DNA of 16,749 nt from an uncultured bacterium. GTDB taxonomy: Bacteria > Caldisericota > Caldisericia > B22-G15. The notes beneath the pieces were generated by a model that saw nothing but the letters and a program-made list of their open reading frames with translations, had not been told where the DNA came from and did not search any database. Location of the stretch: contig CBFDTJ010000030.1 in the NCBI GenBank assembly GCA_965612865.1, forward strand, positions 1 to 16,749. The letters run 5' to 3'. The translations under genes were made by a program, and so were the position numbers. Numbering within the stretch: position 1 is the stretch's first letter; each line of letters starts with the position of its first letter. Of the stretch, positions 8,417 to 14,612 are shown piece by piece.

Positions 8417-8842
8417 ATGAAGTGGGTAACAAGAGAAAGGGTTCATGTGGATAGAGTTGCATGTCCATGGCTCATCAAGAGGTTTATTGATCCTGATGCA
8501 GAGTTTGTCTTTGTACCAAGGGATACCGATCCAAAAACAATAAAAGATGGGATTCCCTTTGATATGAAGGGTGTTGAATTGGGCCATCACGATGGTAAAT
8601 GCTCCTTTGATGCCTTCATGGAGAAGTACAAACTTGACGACCCTGCACTCAAAAAGATACAGCAGATTGTAAGGGAAGCAGATACAGATGTTGAAAATCC
8701 CTCACCTCTTGCCATTGCCCTCGATGTTTTTGGAAGAGGTTACAGATTGATAACAAAGGATGATTACGAAACACTGGAGAAGGAGTTCTACCTTTACGAT
8801 GCCCTCTATGCCTACTTCAAAGACCAGATCGAGAAAAAATAA
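8417..8842 (+). CDS. Chromate resistance protein ChrB domain-containing protein
   Basis: MKWVTRERVHVDRVACPWLIKRFIDPDAEF, PFDM, CSFD, LDDPAL, YDALY match the ChrB C-terminal domain. Confidence 0.92.
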   Translation: MKWVTRERVHVDRVACPWLIKRFIDPDAEFVFVPRDTDPKTIKDGIPFDMKGVELGHHDGKCSFDAFMEKYKLDDPALKKIQQIVREADTDVENPSPLAIALDVFGRGYRLITKDDYETLEKEFYLYDALYAYFKDQIEKK

Positions 8843-8862
8843 ACAATGATAACAACATAGGG

Positions 8863-8891
8863 TTGAACAAGCCCATATTTCTTGGTATAAA
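8863..8891 (+). promoter_or_regulatory. Sigma70 promoter of tRNA pair
   Basis: TTGAAC (8863-8868), 17 nt, TATAAA (8886-8891) with upstream TG, 10 nt before tRNA-Cys. Confidence 0.6.
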
Positions 8892-8901
8892 TTTAAGGGA
8901 A

Positions 8902-8977
8902 GGCGGCATAGCCAAGTGGCTAAGGCGACGGTCTGCAAAACCGTTATGCGCCGGTTCGAATCCGGCTGCCGCCTCCA
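8902..8977 (+). tRNA. tRNA-Cys (GCA)
   Basis: Acceptor GGCGGCA/TGCCGCC, anticodon arm ACGGT-CTGCAAA-ACCGT, T-loop GGTTCGAATCC, discriminator T, encoded CCA. Confidence 0.97.
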
Positions 8978-8987
8978 TAAAAGTCAG

Positions 8988-9075
8988 GCCGGAGTGGCGG
9001 AATAGGCAGACGCAAGGGACTTAAAATCCCTCGGGTGAATAGCCCGTGTGGGTTCGATTCCCACCTCCGGCACCA
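8988..9075 (+). tRNA. tRNA-Leu (TAA)
   Basis: Acceptor GCCGGAG/CTCCGGC, anticodon arm AGGGA-CTTAAAA-TCCCT, long variable arm CGGG..CCCG, GGTTCGATTCC, A-CCA end. Confidence 0.97.
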
Positions 9076-9264
9076 CTTTTATACACATTTAAATTCTCTC
9101 TTTTAATTTAAAAATGATAAAATAAATAAAGTTCACCTATGTAATGAGAGGAGAGAGAATCAGTAAAATTAAAATGGAGGCGTATCTTAAATGTATTAGG
9201 AAGGATAAAAACAATTCAGATATACCTCAGTTAAGTGAAATTACTAAAAAAGGGTGTATGAAAC

Positions 9265-10194
9265 ATGAAAAAACTTACATTTAAAGAGTTAGCACAAAAA
9301 ATTCTTGAAGAAGAAAGGAGACCTCTTACCGTAGCGGAGATTTGGGATATAGCGATAAAAAAAGGATATGATCAATTATGCGACACTCAGGGGAAAACAC
9401 CATGGAGGACCATTGGTGCACAGATATATGTGGATATAAAGAATAACCCAGATTCACTTTTTGTAAAAATTGATTCTAAACCCAGAAAATTTTTTCTAAA
9501 GACTCTTGTTTCAGAAGATAAATTAAAAGAGATAGAAGAAAGAGAAAAAGGTAAAATAAAACCTCCTAAGAAATTAGGATATACTGAAAGGGAGTTGCAC
9601 CCTTTCCTGACATATTTTGCTTACACATATATGAATGTTTATACTAAGACAATATATCATGAAAAATCAAATAAAAGAAGATATGCTCAATGGCTTCATC
9701 CAGATATAGTAGGAGTATATTTCCCGATTGAAGAATGGAAAAGTGAAATTATAGATTTTGCAAAAGAGGTTGGTTCTCCATCCGTAATTTTATATTCTTT
9801 TGAAATTAAGAAAGAGCTTGGTTTTCACAATCTTAGAGAATCTTTTTTCCAGGCTGTATCTAATTCCTCATGGGCAAATGAGGGCTACTTAGTAACTGCA
9901 AATCTATATCAAGATGACGAACTATTATCTGAGCTTAAAAGACTATCTGCTGCTTTTGGTATAGGAATTATTAGATTAAATATTGATGATCCGGATTCCT
10001 CAGAAATCATCCTGCCAGCGAAACACAAGAAGGAATTAGATTGGGAGACCATGAATAAACTAGCAGATGAAAATCCAGATTTTAAAGAATTCCTAAAAAG
10101 AATAAAGATAGATCTTTCAAGCAAGGAAATCAGAAAAGAAAAATACGATAAAGTTTATAAAAGCGAGGAACTAATAGAGAGACTTAAGAAATGA
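9265..10194 (+). CDS. HARE-type HTH + PD-(D/E)xK endonuclease domain protein (COG2958 / HrgA-like)
   Basis: N-terminal LTFKELAQKILEE..PLTVAEIW...GKTPWRTIGAQIYVD (HARE-HTH). C-terminal ERELHP, WLHPDIVG, SFEIKK, FFQAVSNSSWANEGYLV, FGIGII. Confidence 0.85.
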   Translation: MKKLTFKELAQKILEEERRPLTVAEIWDIAIKKGYDQLCDTQGKTPWRTIGAQIYVDIKNNPDSLFVKIDSKPRKFFLKTLVSEDKLKEIEEREKGKIKPPKKLGYTERELHPFLTYFAYTYMNVYTKTIYHEKSNKRRYAQWLHPDIVGVYFPIEEWKSEIIDFAKEVGSPSVILYSFEIKKELGFHNLRESFFQAVSNSSWANEGYLVTANLYQDDELLSELKRLSAAFGIGIIRLNIDDPDSSEIILPAKHKKELDWETMNKLADENPDFKEFLKRIKIDLSSKEIRKEKYDKVYKSEELIERLKK

Positions 10195-10206
10195 AGTTAT
10201 GTTGGT

Positions 10207-10312
10207 CTTCCAATAATAGCCAGATATCTGGCTTCATTTTTAGCTATGCTCAAACTTGCTCCACTTACGCTCTGCGAACTTTATATATCCCCGAAGCATT
10301 ATCTGAAATTAC
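10207..10312 (+). repeat. Degenerate imperfect inverted-repeat element (attC-like) containing a 16-bp perfect palindrome
   Basis: ATAAT (10213-17) pairs with ATTAT (10298-302); GATAT (10223-27) pairs with ATATC (10285-89); AGCCAGATATCTGGCT palindrome at 10218-10233. The right end TGAAATTAC recurs at 9236-9244. Confidence 0.4.
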
Positions 10313-10332
10313 ATTTAAGGGGAGAGGAGATT

Positions 10333-10545
10333 ATGAATAAGATATGTCACAAACCTATTAGTATTATTCATTCTACATTTAAAGAGCCGAAAGAAGCACC
10401 AATGCAGCCAACAAAGGAAAAGGATATTGAGGGAAAAGTTGAAATACCTGATAGTGCGACTTGTTAAAATTAAAGATAACCTTTTGTTCATTAAGGATAT
10501 TGATATGGTAGATGGAACTCCTCTCTTAGATATTAACCTATTTAA
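10333..10545 (+). pseudogene. tsaA: TsaA/TrmO (tRNA m6t6A37 methyltransferase-like) pseudogene with internal deletion and frameshift
   Basis: After SD GGAGAGGAG, ATG 10333 gives MNKICHKPISIIHSTFKEPKEAPMQP..DIEGKVEI (TsaA N-terminus). In another frame from 10451: IVRLVKIKDNLLFIKDIDMVDGTPLLDI (TsaA DGTPLLDIKPY motif). The central RPNPIG region is absent. Confidence 0.85.
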
Positions 10546-10613
10546 CATCTTCACATCACATCTTTTGATGCCTATTTATTAGTGAAGAAGTGATTTTAGA
10601 GGCTATAAAATAA

Positions 10614-10643
10614 TTGACATTCTGGTATAAAATATAATAAAAT
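10614..10643 (+). promoter_or_regulatory. Sigma70 promoter for preTA
   Basis: TTGACA (10614-10619), 18 nt, TAAAAT (10638-10643). A TATAAT also lies at 10633-10638. Confidence 0.6.
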
Positions 10644-10650
10644 TTAAGTA

Positions 10651-10674
10651 TCTAAAAGGCTTTCCCCTTTTAGA
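10651..10674 (+). promoter_or_regulatory. Perfect 9-bp inverted repeat at the preT 5' end (operator or leader hairpin)
   Basis: TCTAAAAGG-ctttcc-CCTTTTAGA between the -10 box and SD GGAGGTG. Confidence 0.5.
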
Positions 10675-10703
10675 GCTCAAATTTAAACTGGAGGTGGGAG
10701 AAA

Positions 10704-12029
10704 TTGACAAAAAAAGAATTTGGTTATTCTGAAAGGGGATTTGAACTTTTCCAGGCTATCAATGAAGCTGACAGGTGTCTACTCTGCTATGATGCTCCCT
10801 GCACTAAAGCTTGCCCTGCGGATGTCGATCCTGCTAAGTTTATAAGGAAACTGAGGTTAAAGAACATTAAAGGTGCCATTAAAACGGTGAAAGAGAATAA
10901 TATTCTCGGTGGTATTTGTGGAATAGTGTGTCCTGTGGATAAATTGTGTGAGGAAGCTTGTGCAAACACAGAGATAGATAGACCTATAGAGATTGGTAAA
11001 ATCCAGAGCTTTCTCATAGAATATGGATGGCAAATAGGCTTTAATCCAATTACAAGGGCAAAAGAAAAAAACATAAAAGTTGCAGTTGTAGGTTCGGGTC
11101 CTGCTGGTTTAACCTGTGCTGCTGAACTATCCAAAGAAGGATATGATGTTACTGTGTTTGAAGAAAATGATAAACCTGGAGGCGTACTTAGATACGGGAT
11201 ACCAAGATTCAAATTGGATGAGGATTTTCTCGATAGAGAAATACAAGATGTCCTATCACTTGGAGTAAAGATTAAATGTAATTTTCCCCTGAAAGAAAAG
11301 GGCTCAATAGAGAATCTCTTAAATGAGGGATTTAAAGCAGTTTTTGTGGGTTGTGGCCTAACTGAACCTTATAAGGCAGATATCCCAGGTGCTAACTTAA
11401 AAAATGTCACAACGGCTAGAGAGTTCCTTAGAGCGTTTAACACTAATGAAAAAACTGTTGAAATGGTAAGGAATAAAAATGTGGCTATTATAGGTGGTGG
11501 TTCAGTAGCTATGAATGTAGGCGTAACCTGCAAGTTGCTTAAAGCAAATAGAGTTTATTGTATAGCCCTTGAAAGTATGGAAGAACTCCCTGCAGATAGA
11601 GCTGACCTTCACGAAGCCATTGATAATTGTGTAATAATAAAACCTCAATCCCAGGTTAAAGAAATAATAGGTAAGGATGGCGTAGTAACTGGTGTCAGAG
11701 GAAGTGAAGTAGAGTTAATTGAACCTGGAGTTTTTACACCTTCAAACATAAAAGAGATTCCTGGTACAGATTTTTCATTACAGGTTGATATGGTGATTTT
11801 TGCAATAGGTTCGGGTCCTTCCCCTGAAATTAAAGATGCGTTACCTTCAGTAAAGTTTAATGAAAGAGGTTTAATAGAAGTTGATGAGAAAACCCTCGAA
11901 ACTTCTATTAAGGGCATTTATGCTGGTGGAGACATAGCTAATGGTCCTGGTTTGGTGGTCGAAGCAGTAAGAGATGGGAAAAAAGCCGCAAGGTCAATAA
12001 TTAAATTTTTAAATGAAGAGATTCAATAA
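10704..12029 (+). CDS. preT: NAD-dependent dihydropyrimidine dehydrogenase subunit PreT (GltD-like FAD/Fe-S subunit)
   Basis: EADRCLLCYDAPCTKACP, CGIVCP..LCEEAC, VVGSGPAGL, IIGGGSVAM, YAGGD. TTG start with SD. Directly upstream of preA. Confidence 0.88.
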   Translation: MTKKEFGYSERGFELFQAINEADRCLLCYDAPCTKACPADVDPAKFIRKLRLKNIKGAIKTVKENNILGGICGIVCPVDKLCEEACANTEIDRPIEIGKIQSFLIEYGWQIGFNPITRAKEKNIKVAVVGSGPAGLTCAAELSKEGYDVTVFEENDKPGGVLRYGIPRFKLDEDFLDREIQDVLSLGVKIKCNFPLKEKGSIENLLNEGFKAVFVGCGLTEPYKADIPGANLKNVTTAREFLRAFNTNEKTVEMVRNKNVAIIGGGSVAMNVGVTCKLLKANRVYCIALESMEELPADRADLHEAIDNCVIIKPQSQVKEIIGKDGVVTGVRGSEVELIEPGVFTPSNIKEIPGTDFSLQVDMVIFAIGSGPSPEIKDALPSVKFNERGLIEVDEKTLETSIKGIYAGGDIANGPGLVVEAVRDGKKAARSIIKFLNEEIQ

Positions 12030-12041
12030 GGAGGGAGTAAA

Positions 12042-13271
12042 TTGAAAGATTTAAGTATAAACGTTTGCGGAGTGAAGTTTCCTAATCCGTTTATGCTATC
12101 ATCATCTGCCGTGAGCAATACCGCTGAGATGATAGCGAGGGGTTTTGAAAAAGGCTTTGGTGGTGTTTCATATAAAAGCCTTGGAAGACCAACCATGAAC
12201 CCTTCACCGAGGATGCATGCCTACAGCTACGGTAGCAAAAGATTAGTTGGATTACAAAATGTTGAGCAGATAACTGACAGACCTATAGAGGATAATTTAA
12301 GTGATATTAGATGGCTTAAGAAGCATTATCCTGATAATGTTGTTATGGTGAGCATAATGGGGTTTAGTAAAGAGCAATGGCGAGAACTTGCCGTAATGGT
12401 TGAAGATACAGGTGCAGATATGATCGAATTAAACTTCTCATGCCCCCATATGTCAGTTGAGGGTGCTGGAATGAAAGTTGGTCAGGCTTTTGAACTTGTA
12501 AGAGAATTTACACATATAGTTCGTGAATCAGTAAAAATACCAATCTTTGCTAAACTCACCGCAAATGTTACTGATATAACTGAACCCGCAATGTATGCAA
12601 AACAAGGTGGCGCAGATGGTATTACAGCAATAAATACTGTCCGCGGTCTTACAGGAATTGGATTGGATGATTTTGTACCTTATCCAAATATATTTGGTAA
12701 AGGAGCGATAAGTGGATACTCTGGTCATTGTATTAAACCTATATCGTTAAAGTGTATTGTTGAACTTGCAAAGAAAAAGGAACTTGGCTTACCCCTTGCT
12801 GGTTGTGGAGGAATAGAAACATGGATAGATGCAGTTGAGTTTCTCCTTGCTGGTGCTTCTTTAGTGCAGATGACCACAAGTGTGATTAAGTATGGACAGA
12901 GGGTTGTTGAAGATATGATTGAGGGCCTCTCCTATTACATGGAAGAGAAAGGTTTTAACAAGATTGAAGAGATTGTTGGAAAAGCCTTGCCAAATATTTG
13001 TGAAACAAGTGAATTTGATTTATCAAGGCAGGGAGTGGCTAACTATGACCTTGATAGGTGTATAGGTTGTGGAAGATGTTATATAGCATGCCATGATACT
13101 GGAGCAGACGCTATCCAGTGGGATTCTGAAAAGAGAAGACCTATACTTGACGAAGACAAGTGTTTTAGCTGTATGATATGCTCTTTTGTATGTCCAGTTT
13201 CGGATCCTCCACTTATTACATTTAAGGAAGTTAAAGGGAAAAAAGTTTATCTCCCCCCACCTGCAAAGTAA
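12042..13271 (+). CDS. preA: NAD-dependent dihydropyrimidine dehydrogenase subunit PreA (FMN barrel + C-terminal 2x[4Fe-4S])
   Basis: FPNPFMLSS, GLQNVEQI, ELNFSCPH, AINT, GYSG, GCGGIETW; ferredoxin motifs CIGCGRCYIAC and CFSCMICSFVCP. SD AAGGAGG, TTG start. Confidence 0.95.
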   Translation: MKDLSINVCGVKFPNPFMLSSSAVSNTAEMIARGFEKGFGGVSYKSLGRPTMNPSPRMHAYSYGSKRLVGLQNVEQITDRPIEDNLSDIRWLKKHYPDNVVMVSIMGFSKEQWRELAVMVEDTGADMIELNFSCPHMSVEGAGMKVGQAFELVREFTHIVRESVKIPIFAKLTANVTDITEPAMYAKQGGADGITAINTVRGLTGIGLDDFVPYPNIFGKGAISGYSGHCIKPISLKCIVELAKKKELGLPLAGCGGIETWIDAVEFLLAGASLVQMTTSVIKYGQRVVEDMIEGLSYYMEEKGFNKIEEIVGKALPNICETSEFDLSRQGVANYDLDRCIGCGRCYIACHDTGADAIQWDSEKRRPILDEDKCFSCMICSFVCPVSDPPLITFKEVKGKKVYLPPPAK

Positions 13272-13291
13272 ACTTGAGTAATTAATAACTT

Positions 13292-13330
13292 TAATAACCC
13301 CTCTAAACTTGGGTTTTAGAGGGGTTATTA
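13292..13330 (+). terminator. Long hairpin, probable (bidirectional) terminator of preTA
   Basis: TAATAACCCCTCTAAA-cttgggt-TTTAGAGGGGTTATTA, a 16-bp perfect stem 20 nt after the preA stop. Confidence 0.8.
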
Positions 13331-13515
13331 TAAATTCCTCCAAGAGTCGGGACTTCTTTGTGTATTTCTCTTTCTACTAAAGGTTGATCCGTTATACAAA
13401 AATAATCACAGGCTCATCATTGGGAGCTCAAGACATGCAAACTCACCTCAAATAAAAACATACCAAGAAGTAAGTTGATTTTCGCTTTTCTTTGCTATAT
13501 TATTATGTAAATTAA

Positions 13516-14253
13516 TTTGGATACGCTCAAGTATTGCAAGCTATTGCTGCCGGTCAAGAGCCAGATTATAGAATAAATCCCTATACTATAAAACCCTTGG
13601 GTAATGGCAAATTTGACATATTTCTGGAAGGCGAATGTATTAAAAGAAACTTTGATCCTAAGAAGGATTTTATCATGGAAATTTTAAAACAAACAGTTGG
13701 ATTAAAAGGAGACTATAGAGAAATAAAAGATGGGGCAAGAAGGTCTTTAGAAAGTTTGTCAGAAGAGTATGATATTATCTGCATTGAAGGCTCGGGACCA
13801 GCAAGGCTCTTTGGTTTCGGGCCTTTTAGTGAATTGCTTGAAATAGCCAATATGGAGACAGCCAAAATCGCTGATGCTCCCATCCTTTTTGTTACTGACA
13901 ATTTAGATTCAATTCCCGGAACTTTATCTTATTTAGAAGAAGAGGAAAGGAAGAGGGTTAAAGGGGTAATACTAAATAAATTTAGAACTGATGAACTTTT
14001 GTGTATGGGAATAGAAGAAAAATATATAAAATTTGGAATAAAAAGACTCATATCAGTTTATCAGAAAAAGATAGGAAAGGATATCTTGGGTGTTATTCCG
14101 TATCTTTTGGAGTTGGCAAAACTTCCGGATTTGGATCCTCTCATACCTTCACCAAAGATTCCTCTTAATATTTGGGAAAAAACAATAAAAGACGTCTACA
14201 AAAAGACGAAAAAGAATATAAACCTGAATAAAATTTATAAAATCATGCATTAA
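13516..14253 (+). pseudogene. 5'-truncated CobQ (cobyric acid synthase) synthetase-domain homolog lacking P-loop and glutaminase domain
   Basis: FGYAQVLQAIAAGQEPDYRINP, YDIICIEGSG, IANMETAKIADAPILFV, EERKRVKGVILNKFR, LGVIPY all follow CobQ. Homology extends upstream of the TTG at 13534 to an in-frame TAA (13513-15). No SD and no Walker A. Confidence 0.75.
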
Positions 14254-14526
14254 GATTATATCTTCATCAAACGTTATAATCTTTTGAATATTTATTAATA
14301 TCATCGTTTATCTCTTCACATTATATCTTTTAATGCCTAATTTATTAGTGAAAATGTAATCATAGGTAATCAAATTCTAATTTATTCTGTAGGATGTTTA
14401 ACTTAAAAATTGACACTGAACTTGTAGAATTTCCAAAGACTGGTTTACATTAACCCTTTCTCTTTCTAAGTTTTTGGGCTCTTCTTACCTTTAAGCATAT
14501 AAAAAGAAAATTAAGGAAGAAAGGAG

Positions 14527-14554
14527 TAGACGGGGATTCAAAAAGTGCTATAAT
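14527..14554 (+). promoter_or_regulatory. Sigma70 promoter (extended -10) for the large secreted protein
   Basis: TAGACG (14527-32), 16 nt, TATAAT (14549-54) preceded by TG; SD GGAGGAGG before ATG 14613. Confidence 0.6.
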
Positions 14555-14612
14555 TTATCTATAAGGACTAAAATTAACTCTTCTTAAATGCGGGGAGTTG
14601 GAGGAGGAAGAA

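Noticed and set aside
9093..9160. 9-bp inverted repeat ATTCTCTCT / AGAGAGAAT downstream of tRNA-Leu
   Set aside because: Low-complexity arms with a 50-nt spacer; not a convincing terminator or att site.
13292..13330. Hairpin resembling the phage T7 terminator (ATAACCCCT...CTCTAAAC...GAGGGGTT), possible vector contamination
   Set aside because: Only patchy similarity. It forms its own perfect 16-bp stem right after preA, with no other vector sequence around it.
13389..13403. CCGTTATACAAAAAT as a third cassette core-site candidate upstream of the cobQ-like fragment
   Set aside because: No matching left arm or inverted-repeat structure, and no ORF start at the spacing seen for the other two motifs.
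14250..14370. Minus-strand peptide TMILINIQKIITFDED resembling a PIN/VapC toxin C-terminus, overlapping a 9-bp inverted repeat (14252-14260 / 14275-14283)
   Set aside because: Too short, and interrupted by stops in very AT-rich DNA. It cannot be told from chance without a TBLASTN search.
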